From: an uncultured Verrucomicrobiales bacterium
Lineage (GTDB): Bacteria; Verrucomicrobiota; Verrucomicrobiia; JADLBR01; JAIBCM01
Direction of reading: 5' to 3'
NCBI GenBank assembly: GCA_964435495.1
Contig: CAYSZK010000001.1
Location: forward strand, 699 to 64,698
Length of the DNA: 64,000 bases
A program made the position numbers and the translations under genes. The notes below the pieces were generated by a model. The model searched no databases. It worked only from the letters and a program-made list of their open reading frames with translations, and was not told the origin of the DNA. Shown piece after piece: positions 19,596-29,471 of this stretch (within the stretch, counting starts at the first letter, position 1; every line of letters begins with the position of its first letter).

Positions 19596-21089
19596 TCAGC
19601 CGAGGCCGGCCAAGGGGCCCGTGCTGTCGGAGAACCGGATGTCAGGTACGCCCGCGGCCCCGGCGATGGACACCAGGACGTTGGCAAGCGGGGTGCCGTG
19701 GTCGAAGTTGAGGTGCCGCCCTGTCTGGAACGCCCCCCCGCCTTTGCCGGCGACAAGGAGCGGCGTGTTGACCTGGCCGTGGGCGTCGAAATGGACGGAG
19801 TCGCCTTGGACCCGGCGCGAGGGGCCATTGGTCAGCCCGGCACCGTAAAGGACGACGCAGTTGTCGAGCAGGGGAACGCCGTCGGCGTCGGGAGTCGCCT
19901 TCAGGCGGGCCAGGAAATAGGCGAGCTGTTCGACATGCAGCCGGTCGATGGCCTTGGCGCCGGCGACGCGTTCCGGGCTGCCGCCGTTGTGGGCGTACAC
20001 GCCGTGCGGGTCCTCCGGGAATCCGAGGAATCCGAAGCTGCCATAATACCCGCCCAGCCGCAACGTGGCGACGCGCGTGACGTCGGTCTGGAGCGCGAGG
20101 ACGAGGACGTCCAGCATCAGGCGCATCCGCTGGACACGGTCTTCGCCCCGCGCGCCCGAGCCGCGGTCCTGGCCCGTCTCCGGGCGGACGGCGCCTGGCG
20201 GCAGGGTGATCGGGTTGTTTTCCCATTGCACCGATTTCTCGATGCGCCGCTCCACATCGCGGATGGCCGTGGCGTATTCGTCGAGCCTCTGGCGGTCTTC
20301 GGACGGGACGCGCCCGTCGAGGGATTTCATGTCGCCGAGGATGGCGTCGAGAACCGAACGCTTGCGCCGGCGTTCGGCGTCGCGTTCGGACTTCTGCCGC
20401 CCGGAACCATCGGTGAAGAGCCGGTCAAAGACCGCGGCGGGGTCGCCTTCGGTGGGGAGGGCGTTGCCATTTTCGTCGTAGCTCAGGAACCCCATGTATC
20501 CGAGGCCTGACGCCTCGCGGGTGTTGTAGGAACCATGCCCGACGGTGAGGGCAAGCGAGGCGACGCGGGTGTTCATCCCCGCGCCCTGCGCGATGAGTTG
20601 GTCGATCGAAATTCCGTTGCGCAGCGCGACGCCGGGCGTGGAGGAGATGTTCTGGCCGGTGAGGAGAGTCCCGAGATCCTGGCCATGGCCGTTGACGACG
20701 GAGTTGGGGATCGTGTCGTGCTTGTGGTGGAGGCCGCTGAGGATGTTAAAATCCGATTTCAGGGCGCGCAGCGGTTCGAGCGTGGAGGTCAGCTCGTAAT
20801 CCTTGCCAGTGTGCGCCACGCAGCCGCCGGGCAGGACACCTCCCTTGCCCCAGTCTTTGGCGCGGACAGGGTCGGTCCACTCGCGGCAGGGAAAGAAACC
20901 ATCTTCCCCAGTCCAGACGCCGCCTTCGACGCCGAGAAAGACCGTTCGAACGGGCGCGGCGGATTTGGCGCGGCCCAGGGCGGCCAGGACCGACGGGGGC
21001 GCCATGGCGTGGAGGAACGGGAGGGCAACGCTGGCGCCGAGGCCGCGGAGGATCGTGCGCCGCGAAAGGGGAGACAGGCCGGGATGCAC
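19596..21089 (-). CDS. DUF1552 domain protein with twin-arginine signal
   Basis: The N-terminus SRRTILRGLGASVALPFL is a TAT motif, and the gene lies directly downstream of the DUF1592 gene. Confidence 0.8.
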   Translation of the reverse strand: MHPGLSPLSRRTILRGLGASVALPFLHAMAPPSVLAALGRAKSAAPVRTVFLGVEGGVWTGEDGFFPCREWTDPVRAKDWGKGGVLPGGCVAHTGKDYELTSTLEPLRALKSDFNILSGLHHKHDTIPNSVVNGHGQDLGTLLTGQNISSTPGVALRNGISIDQLIAQGAGMNTRVASLALTVGHGSYNTREASGLGYMGFLSYDENGNALPTEGDPAAVFDRLFTDGSGRQKSERDAERRRKRSVLDAILGDMKSLDGRVPSEDRQRLDEYATAIRDVERRIEKSVQWENNPITLPPGAVRPETGQDRGSGARGEDRVQRMRLMLDVLVLALQTDVTRVATLRLGGYYGSFGFLGFPEDPHGVYAHNGGSPERVAGAKAIDRLHVEQLAYFLARLKATPDADGVPLLDNCVVLYGAGLTNGPSRRVQGDSVHFDAHGQVNTPLLVAGKGGGAFQTGRHLNFDHGTPLANVLVSIAGAAGVPDIRFSDSTGPLAGLG

Positions 21090-21282
21090 AGATATAAGCT
21101 GTCAAGTTCACATGGGAAGTCCACCTAATGCTGATTCCGTCTTTGGTAGGGTGGATGCCGGCGCCGTGGCCTTCCAGCCCGGAAGCCGAACGGCTCCTCA
21201 TTGCGCGGGTGGCGGAGCGGGAATGCGAAGGGAAAACCAGCCTCGTCCCTGTGACTTCAGGCGTCCTGGCCAAAGCCCTCGG

Positions 21283-22005
21283 TCACCCCACGGCGGTCTT
21301 TGCGGAAGCGGGAACCACGACGGGCGGTTCGCGTGGCGTGGACGCTGTCGAAGAAATCGCGTGGGAGACCTTTTCAAAGCGCGTCACCGTGAACGACTTC
21401 CCCGAATGCAGTGTGACAACTCTTCGGGCGCCTTCATGCAAACCGCAAGCCTTTGCCGTTGCCGCCATCTCTTCCAGGTCGATGTACGTGAAGGACGCGC
21501 CCACACCCGCCAGGCTCCGCGCGTACGGGGATGCGCTGACCGTCGGCAAGCCGACGCTCTTTCTCTGCACCAGAGCGCAGAGCGCGCCACCGGGCCGGAT
21601 TGCGAAGGACAAGGACCTGATCGCCTCGTGGAGCCTTGTGTATTCGAATACAAGCGCCCCGAAAAAGAGGTCGAGCGGTTCCGTCAAGGAAAGCTTCTCA
21701 ACCTCGGTGCAAAGCACCTCCAATCCCCTGATTTTTCCCAGGTAACGCTGGGAAAGCCGGTGTACGTAGGCGGGGTTGACATCAACACAAACAACACGGG
21801 CCAAATCCAGCCGGGCGATTTCATCCAGTCCGTTTCCGCCCGCACACCCAACGAGCCCCACAGAGCGTGCCCCGGACATTTCGACCGCGCGGCGGAATTC
21901 CCCGGCAAGCATGGCCGCCTGCCCGACTTCCGGCAGGGCCATGTGGCTTTCGTACTCCGCCAGGTCCACGGCAAGCCATGGATTGGCTTTCATATGATCC
22001 ATCAT
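21283..22005 (-). CDS. class I SAM-dependent methyltransferase
   Basis: A glycine-rich motif I (VGLVGCAGGNGLD) and motif II/III spacing are present. Confidence 0.6.
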   Translation of the reverse strand: MMDHMKANPWLAVDLAEYESHMALPEVGQAAMLAGEFRRAVEMSGARSVGLVGCAGGNGLDEIARLDLARVVCVDVNPAYVHRLSQRYLGKIRGLEVLCTEVEKLSLTEPLDLFFGALVFEYTRLHEAIRSLSFAIRPGGALCALVQRKSVGLPTVSASPYARSLAGVGASFTYIDLEEMAATAKACGLHEGARRVVTLHSGKSFTVTRFEKVSHAISSTASTPREPPVVVPASAKTAVG

Positions 22006-22017
22006 CCCGAGGAAGAA

Positions 22018-22623
22018 TCAGGCGGCTTTCATGTAGTCGAGGCTGCCGGCGGTCTTTTCGACCTCCGGCAGGCCGTCGAGCAGGTCGCCAATGGCGTCCC
22101 AGCGGCCTTCGAGCAATCCCTGGCGGGCGGAATCGCGCAGGGAACAGGGAAAGCTTTTTCCCGCGATGCGCAGTTGGAGTTTGACGATGTCCACGGCCAG
22201 TTCCTCGGCGGGGTCGCTTTCGACGATGGCGCGGATGGCGGCGATGTCGGCGCGGCTTGCGGAGACGCAGGGCATGCCCAGGGTGATGGAGTTGCCGAAG
22301 AAAATCTCGGCGTACCCTTCGGCGACGATGGCCTTGAAACCGGCGCGGCGAATGGCCTGGGGGGCGTGCTCGCGGGAGGAGCCGCAACCGAAATTATTTC
22401 CGGTGAGCAGGATGGTGGCGCCGGCGAATCGCGGGTCGTTGAGCGGATGGGGTTTGGGCCTCTTCTGTTCGTCGTAGCGGACGTCGTGGAAAAGGAACTC
22501 GCCGAGGCCGTCGAACGTGACGCACTTCATGAAGCGCGCGGGGATGATGCGGTCGGTGTCGATGTCATCGCCGGGGACGGCGGCGCAACGGCCTTTGACT
22601 ACGTAGATTTTTGCGAGGGGCAT
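22018..22623 (-). CDS. leuD: 3-isopropylmalate dehydratase small subunit
   Basis: MPLAKIYVVKG…IDTDRIIPARF…NFGCGSSREHAPQA. The start is taken at the internal Met. Confidence 0.9.
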   Translation of the reverse strand: MPLAKIYVVKGRCAAVPGDDIDTDRIIPARFMKCVTFDGLGEFLFHDVRYDEQKRPKPHPLNDPRFAGATILLTGNNFGCGSSREHAPQAIRRAGFKAIVAEGYAEIFFGNSITLGMPCVSASRADIAAIRAIVESDPAEELAVDIVKLQLRIAGKSFPCSLRDSARQGLLEGRWDAIGDLLDGLPEVEKTAGSLDYMKAA

Positions 22624-22692
22624 GGTGGTGGGTATCCGGTTGGGCGGGGCGGGGGGGATCAGAAGTGGCCGTTGGGCCACTCGGCGGCTTGG

Positions 22693-24111
22693 TCAATGGC
22701 GTGTGTCATGGGGGAAAACTTCGCGGGCGTCGGCGACGTGGCCGGTGACGGCGGCGGCGGCAACCATGACGGGGCTCATGAGGATGGTGCGCCCCGTGGG
22801 GCTGCCCTGGCGGCCCTTGAAGTTGCGGTTGCTGGAGCTGGCGCAGATTTGGTCGCCGACGAGTTTGTCCGGGTTCATGGCAAGGCACATGGAGCAACCG
22901 GCTTCGCGCCATTCGAAGCCGGCCTCGCGGAAGACGCGGTCAATGCCCAGATCGCGGCAGTGGTTGTTGACAATCTGGGAGCCGGGGACGGCGATGGCCG
23001 TGACGCCTTCGGCGACCTTGCGCCCTTTGAGATGGCGTGCGACCTCGATGAAATCGGAGAGGCGCGCGTTGGTGCAGGAGCCGACGAAGGCGACCTGGAT
23101 GGGCGTGCCTTGGATGGGTTTGCCGGGGGGCAGTTTCATGTGTTCCAGGGCTTCGGCGACCGAGGCCTTTTCGGACTCGGGACTGCCTTCGACGGTGGGG
23201 ACGCTTTCGCTGATGAAGATCGCCTGGCCGGGGTTGATGCCCCAGGTGACGGTGGGTTCGATCGCGGCGGCGTCGAAGGTGGCAACGTCGTCGTATTTGG
23301 CGTCGGAGTCGGAAGCGACGGCGCGCCAGCGTTGCACGGCGCGGTCCCAGGCGGCGCCGGAGGGGCAATAGGGACGGCCCTTGAGATAATCGAAGGTCGT
23401 GTTGTCGGGGTTGACGTAGCCGACGCGGGCGCCGCCTTCGATGGACATGTTGCAGACGGTCATGCGTTCCTCCTGGGAGAAGCGGTCGAACACGTCGCCG
23501 CCATATTCGTAGGCGAAACCGGTGCCGCCGTTGACGCCGAGTTTGCGGATGATATGGAGAATGACATCCTTGGCATAGACGCCGGGGCGGAGCCTGCCGT
23601 TAACATTGATGCGGCGGACCTTGAGCTTGCCGATGGCCATGGTCTGGGTGGCGAGCACGTCGCGGACCTGGCTGGTGCCGATGCCGAAGGCAATGGCGCC
23701 GAACGCGCCGTGGGTGGAGGTGTGCGAGTCTCCGCAGGCGATCGTGGTGCCGGGCTGGGTGATGCCCTGCTCGGGGCCGACGATGTGGACGATGCCCTGT
23801 TTGCCGGTGGCACGGTCGAAGAACGTGACCCCGAACTCGCGGCAGTTCTTGCGCAGCTCGTCCATCATGGCCTGGGCGAGCGGGTCGCGGTAGGGTTCGG
23901 CGAATTCGTCGGTCGGGACGATATGATCGACCGTGGCGAAAGTGCGTTGGGGGAAGCGGACCTTCAGCCCGAGTTCGCGGAGCATGGAAAAGGCCTGCGG
24001 GCTGGTGACCTCATGGATGAGGTGGGTGCCGATCAGGAGTTGGGTCTGGCCATTGGGAAGCGTGCGCACCGCGTGCGCCTCCCATACTTTCTCGAACAGT
24101 GTCTTGCCCAT
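22693..24111 (-). CDS. leuC: 3-isopropylmalate dehydratase large subunit
   Basis: Aconitase-family motifs are present (…[11 protein letters not shown]…, Cys ligands [13 protein letters not shown]), and it is adjacent to leuD. Confidence 0.95.
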   Translation of the reverse strand: MGKTLFEKVWEAHAVRTLPNGQTQLLIGTHLIHEVTSPQAFSMLRELGLKVRFPQRTFATVDHIVPTDEFAEPYRDPLAQAMMDELRKNCREFGVTFFDRATGKQGIVHIVGPEQGITQPGTTIACGDSHTSTHGAFGAIAFGIGTSQVRDVLATQTMAIGKLKVRRINVNGRLRPGVYAKDVILHIIRKLGVNGGTGFAYEYGGDVFDRFSQEERMTVCNMSIEGGARVGYVNPDNTTFDYLKGRPYCPSGAAWDRAVQRWRAVASDSDAKYDDVATFDAAAIEPTVTWGINPGQAIFISESVPTVEGSPESEKASVAEALEHMKLPPGKPIQGTPIQVAFVGSCTNARLSDFIEVARHLKGRKVAEGVTAIAVPGSQIVNNHCRDLGIDRVFREAGFEWREAGCSMCLAMNPDKLVGDQICASSSNRNFKGRQGSPTGRTILMSPVMVAAAAVTGHVADAREVFPHDTRH

Positions 24112-24145
24112 TGTTGTGTCTCCTGAATGCGGTGAACCATCTAAG

Positions 24146-24665
24146 CTACACCATCGGCGGGCGGGATGTCCAGCGCGCGATTGCCGTCTGTCGCGCCCGG
24201 TTGGTCACCGCCCCAGCGCCCAACCTGTAGCGCACTGTTGCCGGTTCGTTGACCGTGCCGGACATCCATGTGGCCGTGCCCGCGGCCACGTTGGTCACCT
24301 GGTTGAGGCCGTTGTGCTTCGCAGCGCGCAGCGTTGTGCCCGCTTTCTCCCAGAGCCGGTTGTCCGCCTTGTCGTAGCCGTAGCCGTAATCGGTCTCCGG
24401 CGTCCAGTTGCCCCCGCCGCTGTCCCGCCACACGGGCGCGGCGACGAGCTGGTTCACCTCGTCATACACCGCCCGCATTTCCCGCGCCGGGTCCACCCCC
24501 CGAATCTGCCCCCATTGCGTGATTTGGTCCAGCGCATCGTACTCGTAGGTGAACGTGCTCAGGTGCGTGGCGCCCACGCTGTTGGTGATGCCCCGGAGCC
24601 GCCGATCCCCCATGGCGTCCCAGTATCCAAAGGCCGTGGTTTGGCTGTTGGGATAGGCGCGAATC
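24146..24665 (-). pseudogene. truncated Rhs/YD-repeat core fragment (remnant of an rhs cassette)
   Basis: About 170 aa is nearly identical to an internal segment of the full Rhs (…[19 protein letters not shown]…[12 protein letters not shown]). Homology ends abruptly on both sides and there is no N-terminus, C-terminal core or toxin tip. Confidence 0.7.
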
Positions 24666-24929
24666 TCAATTCGCCCAGTGAGGCATTACAACAAAATGCG
24701 CAAAGAGGAGCCCATCAAAAACAACAGCAACAAAGAGAAGCGCGTTGCTCTTGAAATAGAAGGCGAAAGCGGTACCTATGACCGAAACACAAAATAGCGC
24801 CACATTGAAGCGACACACCAAAGAATAGGCACGGCTCGCCGATTCGTGAAGAAAGCCCATCGATGGATACAGTAATAAACATGAACTCACGAGAAGGACA
24901 CTCATTATTGCGGTTTTACACAATTTCAT
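24666..24929 (-). CDS. putative Rhs immunity protein (small hydrophobic, low-GC)
   Basis: An 87-aa membrane-like ORF overlaps the orphan-3 stop by ATGA. Local GC drops to ~45 % against a 70 % background. Confidence 0.5.
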   Translation of the reverse strand: MKLCKTAIMSVLLVSSCLLLYPSMGFLHESASRAYSLVCRFNVALFCVSVIGTAFAFYFKSNALLFVAVVFDGLLFAHFVVMPHWAN

Positions 24930-25783
24930 GGCTTACTACTCCGGTACTCAATCAGCTTGGCCTCCGCGTCATTCTTAACTTGAATAACATCGTCGCGCTC
25001 TCGGGATCCTCGCGGCAGCGATTGCTCATCGAGCAGCATCATGCCAGCCAAATCCCGCTGGAGTTCGTAAGCGGGAATCTCATTGGCCGCTTCATTGAAG
25101 AAATCATCGAAAAACCCTTGTCGCGAGTGGACTTTCTCATGTTCATCAATAATTGAACGAGCCGGGCATGACAATTCATAATATCGTCTCCCATGGAAAA
25201 CGAAATCGGTTCCCTTAATGGTTAGCGCGTATGCGTCTCCAATGGTAAGATCAATGGCGAATTTGGCGGCAACGACTGCTGCAGCGCCAACGAGTCCGGC
25301 CCCAATAACCGGCACGACTGCAAACTCCCCTGTGGAATCGCGGTAACTTAGCGCACGATCGCCCGCATAGGCATACACGTTGATGCCCCCATTCTCCGCG
25401 ATTCGATCCCTCGAGACCCACCTCCCCAACTCCGCCGAATACGCCCGATACGGGGCCAAGTGCAACCCACTCAGTGCGTGGAAATAGTGCCCCGTAAAGG
25501 CGAAATCCGCATCCCGATCCCCTGCCGTCTTCGTCACCCGGCCCCAGGGATCGTAGCTGTAGCCGGCGCGCAGCGCGCCACTGTTGTCCACCATCTCCCT
25601 CACGGAGCCCAGGTGATCCCGCGTGTAGAAAAGTTTCTCTCCGCCTCCGGTCTCTACCCCCTGTGGGAAAAACTGTTTCACCACCGCACCGCTCGAGTCC
25701 CGCTCCTCGCACAACTCCAGCCCGCACCAGACAAACCGTTTCACCGCGTTGGTCACCGCCCCGGCCTTCTCCACGATCTGCAC
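24926..25783 (-). CDS. orphan rhs C-terminal cassette 3 (Rhs core 3' end plus divergent toxin tip)
   Basis: The N-terminal ~110 aa match the main Rhs core end ([16 protein letters not shown]…YTRDHLGSV…[10 protein letters not shown]). It then diverges into a unique ~150-aa C-terminus. Confidence 0.7.
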   Translation of the reverse strand: MQIVEKAGAVTNAVKRFVWCGLELCEERDSSGAVVKQFFPQGVETGGGEKLFYTRDHLGSVREMVDNSGALRAGYSYDPWGRVTKTAGDRDADFAFTGHYFHALSGLHLAPYRAYSAELGRWVSRDRIAENGGINVYAYAGDRALSYRDSTGEFAVVPVIGAGLVGAAAVVAAKFAIDLTIGDAYALTIKGTDFVFHGRRYYELSCPARSIIDEHEKVHSRQGFFDDFFNEAANEIPAYELQRDLAGMMLLDEQSLPRGSRERDDVIQVKNDAEAKLIEYRSSKP

Positions 25784-25870
25784 CCATCGGTCCAGACCGT
25801 CGTAGCTGATCTGGGTCGTGTTGGTGCCTCGGGTGATCTGGGTAAGCCGGTTCTTCGCGTCCCACTCATC

Positions 25871-26155
25871 TTAGACCAAATCCAATCTAACCCGCTTCCG
25901 AACGCTGGCGGACTGAGTTCGAATAAAACTCATAATGTCTTCAAAGGACGCTTTGGCAAGTGTCAGATGGTCGCCTGAGTGATGTTCTTCAAGCCAAGTC
26001 GTTGCCTCTTGAAAATCTCTCCATGCGGGGATTGAAAGAACGTCATCAGGCAATTTCCTTAACACATAGCCTGCCGCGCCACGTTCACGGACTACCCACA
26101 CATGGCCACTGCCATTCTTAAACTGTTGAAAGAAAATGACCTTTTCAGAATTCAT
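25871..26155 (-). CDS. putative Rhs immunity protein (low-GC small ORF)
   Basis: A 94-aa ORF lies immediately downstream of the orphan-2 toxin tip, in an AT-rich pocket. Confidence 0.45.
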   Translation of the reverse strand: MNSEKVIFFQQFKNGSGHVWVVRERGAAGYVLRKLPDDVLSIPAWRDFQEATTWLEEHHSGDHLTLAKASFEDIMSFIRTQSASVRKRVRLDLV

Positions 26156-26260
26156 GCCATTATTTCAAAAAGCCTTATTGCTCCTCAAGATTCATCAAAT
26201 CCCCTAGCGCACTTGACCGCGGGTCATCGCCCGAGCCTTCGATGTAGCCCCCGTTCCCAA

Positions 26261-27289
26261 TCAAACCTCCATATGGTATGTCTTTGTATTTGACAGTTTC
26301 TCCGGTGGGTTGACCGCCTTTGATAATCGGCAACTCATCATCGGGATCAAATGTCTTGCTGGGAGGCAGGCCCTGCCTGGCGGGCTTGCCGGACACGGTT
26401 CCCGGTCTCCAAGCGACTCATGAAACAAGGGTCCAAGAAAACCAAGCACCGCCGCCGCGGCCGCCAGTTTGGTCCGCAAGTCTGGCGGCCTTGGCGTCGG
26501 ACTTTCCGGGGTCGGCGCGTCCGCGTTGTCGGGTTCGACAAGGAGCAGCGTCGCCACAACCGCCGCGATCACCAGCGGATTGTCCCCTTTCGGGTCAGTG
26601 TAGTTCACCGGGTTATTGGCAAGGGCGCCGTAGATGTTTATCCCTCCCCGCTCGCCAATGGCGTCCCGCCGGAGCCACCTTCCCAGAACCGCGCTGTAGG
26701 GCCTGCCGAGTTTCGGAAACTGCAGTTCTGACAGGCCATGCGCATACATCCCCTGAAACAAGAATTCCGCGTCCCGATCCCCCGCCGTCTTCGTAACACG
26801 CCCCCAGGGATCGTAGCTGTAGCTCGCACGAACTGCCCCATTCGTGTCCACGAGTTCCCGCACTGAGCCCAGATGATCCCGCGTGTAGAACAGTTTCTCC
26901 CCGCCTCCGGTCTCCACCCCCTGCGGAAAGAACCGCTTCACGACCGCGCCGCTCTGGTCCCGTTCCTCACACAACTCCAGCCCGCACCAGACAAACCGCT
27001 TGACCGAGTTCGTTGTGGCTCCGGCCTTCTCCACAATCTGGACCCAGCGGTCCAGACCATCATAGCTGATCTGGGTCGTGTTGGTGCCACGGGTGATCTG
27101 GGTGAGCCGGTTCTTCGCGTCCCAGGAAAGGATGCGGTCATAGACCGCATCTATAGTCAGGTTGCCGTCGGCGTCGTACGTGAGGCTTTGCGAGGGGCTG
27201 TTGGTACCGATCACGATCCTGGTCCCCCCTAGGGCCGGCGTTCGTCGCCAAGCGCACCAGCGGCTCCGCTTATACTTGGCGTAAAGCAT
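26261..27289 (-). CDS. orphan rhs C-terminal cassette 2; the toxin tip is probably in the overlapping frame 26175..26396 (apparent frameshift)
   Basis: Homology to the Rhs core runs from about 27200 (IVIGTNS…) through DPKGDNPLV…HESLGD. The in-frame tail is junk-like. The -1 frame instead gives a plausible Pro/Asp-rich tip (…PSKTFDPDDELP…GGYIEGSGDD…). Confidence 0.65.
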   Translation of the reverse strand: MLYAKYKRSRWCAWRRTPALGGTRIVIGTNSPSQSLTYDADGNLTIDAVYDRILSWDAKNRLTQITRGTNTTQISYDGLDRWVQIVEKAGATTNSVKRFVWCGLELCEERDQSGAVVKRFFPQGVETGGGEKLFYTRDHLGSVRELVDTNGAVRASYSYDPWGRVTKTAGDRDAEFLFQGMYAHGLSELQFPKLGRPYSAVLGRWLRRDAIGERGGINIYGALANNPVNYTDPKGDNPLVIAAVVATLLLVEPDNADAPTPESPTPRPPDLRTKLAAAAAVLGFLGPLFHESLGDREPCPASPPGRACLPARHLIPMMSCRLSKAVNPPEKLSNTKTYHMEV

Positions 27290-27480
27290 ATCGTCAACTT
27301 TTTAGATCCAGCAGAAAGAGTTCCCATTTCTTCGCTTAAGTGCCAATGCCCGGATGGTCCCTCCTTGCCAATAATGCGTTCACAAATCTCGGCCAGAAAC
27401 CTCAATCCTGCTTCGTTAGCCACAATATCAACCTCGCTGGATTCCTCATCTAACGAGACATTAATCTCTATATTGCTCAT
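27229..27480 (-). CDS. putative Rhs immunity protein
   Basis: It is 83 aa, has an ATGA overlap with the orphan-1 stop and sits in a low-GC island. Confidence 0.5.
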   Translation of the reverse strand: MSNIEINVSLDEESSEVDIVANEAGLRFLAEICERIIGKEGPSGHWHLSEEMGTLSAGSKKLTICFTPSISGAAGALGDERRP

Positions 27481-29075
27481 TTCGGATGCCAATTGACCCC
27501 GTCTGGAGACCACTCCTGTTGACTCCCATCACGCAAATGCCCGCGATCCCAATGCGGCTGACCACCTCGTTTATCGTGAGGGCTCTTATCCCAGTGATAA
27601 TGCCAATCATCATCTCTCTGGTCCATTTTATTGTTTGGATCAAAGCTACTGCCTCCACCTGAATCTGATGGACAGATGTCATTTGAATCCCGAAATGACT
27701 CATGAAACAAGGGTCCAAGAGAACCAAGCACCGCTGCTGCGGCAGCGAGTTTTGTCCGCAAGTCCGGCGGCCTTGGCGTCGGACTGTCCGGGGTCGGAGC
27801 ATCCGCGTTGTCGGGTTCGACAAGGAGCAGCGTCGCCACAACCGCCGCGATCACCAGCGGATTGTCCCCTTTCGGGTCAGTGTAGTTCACCGGGTTATTG
27901 GCAAGGGCGCCGTAGATGTTTATCCCTCCCCGCTCGCCAATGGCGTCCCGCCGGAGCCACCTTCCCAGAACCGCGCTGTAGGGCCTGCCGAGTTTCGGAA
28001 ACTGCAGTTCTGACAGGCCATGCGCATACATCCCCTGAAACAAGAATTCCGCGTCCCTATCCCCTGACGTCTTCGTCACCCGGCCCCAGGGATCGTAGCT
28101 GTAGCTGGCTCGGACTGCGCCACTGTTGTCCACAAGTTCCCGCACCGAGCCAAGATGATCCCGCGTGTAAAACAGCTTCTCGCCGCCGACGCCCTCGGCC
28201 CCCTGGGGAAAGAAGCGCTTCACCACCGCGCCGCTCTGGTCCCGTTCCTCGCACAGATCCAGCCCGCACCAGACGAACCGCTTGACCGAGTTCGTTGTGG
28301 TTCCGGCTTTCTCTAGGATCTGCACCCAGCGGTCCAACCCATCGTAGCTGATCTGGGTCGTGTTGGTGCCGCGCGCGATCTGGGTGAGCCGGTTCTTGGC
28401 GTCCCAGGAGAGGATGCGGTCACAGACCGCATCTACAGTCAGGTTCCCATCCGCGTCATAGGTGAGGGTTTGCGAGGCGCTGTTGGTCCCGATAACGATC
28501 TTGTAGTGGTTCGTCGCGGTGTTGGTGTTGCCGTCGGTGGCGGTGATCGTGAGCAGGTTCTCACCGGGCACCAGGTTGTTGAGCAGCGCGGAAAAACTGC
28601 TTCCTTCCGTCTGTCGCGCCTTGTTGGTCACCGCCCCACCGCCCAAGCGGTAGCGCACTGTGGCCGGTTCATTGACCGTGCCCGACATCCATGTGGCCGT
28701 GCCCGCGGCCACGTTGGTCACCTGGTTGAGGCCGTTGTGCTTCGCAGCGCGCAGCGTTGTGCCCGCTTTCTCCCAGAGCCGGTTGTCCGCCTTGTCGTAG
28801 CCGTAGCCGTAATCGGTCTCCGGCGTCCAGTTGCCCCCGCCGCTGTCCCGCCACACGGGCGCGGCGACGAGCTGGTTCACCTCGTCATACACCGCCCGCA
28901 TTTCCCGCGCCGGGTCCACCCCCCGAATCTGCCCCCATTGCGTGATTTGGTCCAGCGCATCGTACTCGCAGATGAAGGTGCTCAAGTGCGTTGCGCCCAC
29001 GCAGTTGGTGATGCCCCGGAGCCCACGGTCCCCCATGGCGTCCCAGTAACCGAAGGCCGCGCTTTGGCCGCACAA
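27477..29075 (-). CDS. orphan rhs C-terminal cassette 1 (YD repeats, Rhs core end, unique His/Trp/Asp-rich tip)
   Basis: The 532 aa are nearly identical to the main Rhs over ~460 aa. They diverge after the HESFRD motif into a lower-GC tip (…DDDWHYHWDKSPHDKRGG…). Confidence 0.75.
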   Translation of the reverse strand: MCGQSAAFGYWDAMGDRGLRGITNCVGATHLSTFICEYDALDQITQWGQIRGVDPAREMRAVYDEVNQLVAAPVWRDSGGGNWTPETDYGYGYDKADNRLWEKAGTTLRAAKHNGLNQVTNVAAGTATWMSGTVNEPATVRYRLGGGAVTNKARQTEGSSFSALLNNLVPGENLLTITATDGNTNTATNHYKIVIGTNSASQTLTYDADGNLTVDAVCDRILSWDAKNRLTQIARGTNTTQISYDGLDRWVQILEKAGTTTNSVKRFVWCGLDLCEERDQSGAVVKRFFPQGAEGVGGEKLFYTRDHLGSVRELVDNSGAVRASYSYDPWGRVTKTSGDRDAEFLFQGMYAHGLSELQFPKLGRPYSAVLGRWLRRDAIGERGGINIYGALANNPVNYTDPKGDNPLVIAAVVATLLLVEPDNADAPTPDSPTPRPPDLRTKLAAAAAVLGSLGPLFHESFRDSNDICPSDSGGGSSFDPNNKMDQRDDDWHYHWDKSPHDKRGGQPHWDRGHLRDGSQQEWSPDGVNWHPK

Positions 29076-29113
29076 CGCCCTCTGGTAAGCTCATATGAAT
29101 GTCATGACCGGCT

Positions 29114-29467
29114 CTAAGCCACATAAATGCGCCCGTCCAAGTGAACTTGAAACGATTCAAAGTCCCTCGAACTATTGAAAACATCTAGTGAGTAACTATT
29201 CTCAAACATCAATATCATTCCACCTTCCTCGGTGCGCGTCGCGTGCTCACACGAAAGCCCAACTAGCTGACAAATCGCCGACGCATGTATTGTGTAGTCG
29301 CTGAATTCCGATCGGAGTGTGATGCCATGCTTAAGCAGGCATGCCCCCTCAATGGACACCCTGCTGTCTTCAAAATTCAAAATGCATTGGTGTTCACTAA
29401 TGCAGACTTGAAGCACCTTCTTGCCAATAAGGGGACTTAGATCGATCTCAACAGGCAATCCATTCAT
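29114..29467 (-). CDS. putative cognate immunity protein of the full-length Rhs
   Basis: A ~117-aa ORF lies in an AT-rich island 4 nt downstream of the rhs stop. Confidence 0.5.
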   Translation of the reverse strand: MNGLPVEIDLSPLIGKKVLQVCISEHQCILNFEDSRVSIEGACLLKHGITLRSEFSDYTIHASAICQLVGLSCEHATRTEEGGMILMFENSYSLDVFNSSRDFESFQVHLDGRIYVA

Positions 29468-29471
29468 AAGG

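Noticed and set aside
20803-24126. 1107-aa ORF on the plus strand
   Set aside because: It is antisense to DUF1552, the methyltransferase, leuD and leuC. It has Gly/Ala/Asp-rich junk composition and no domain.
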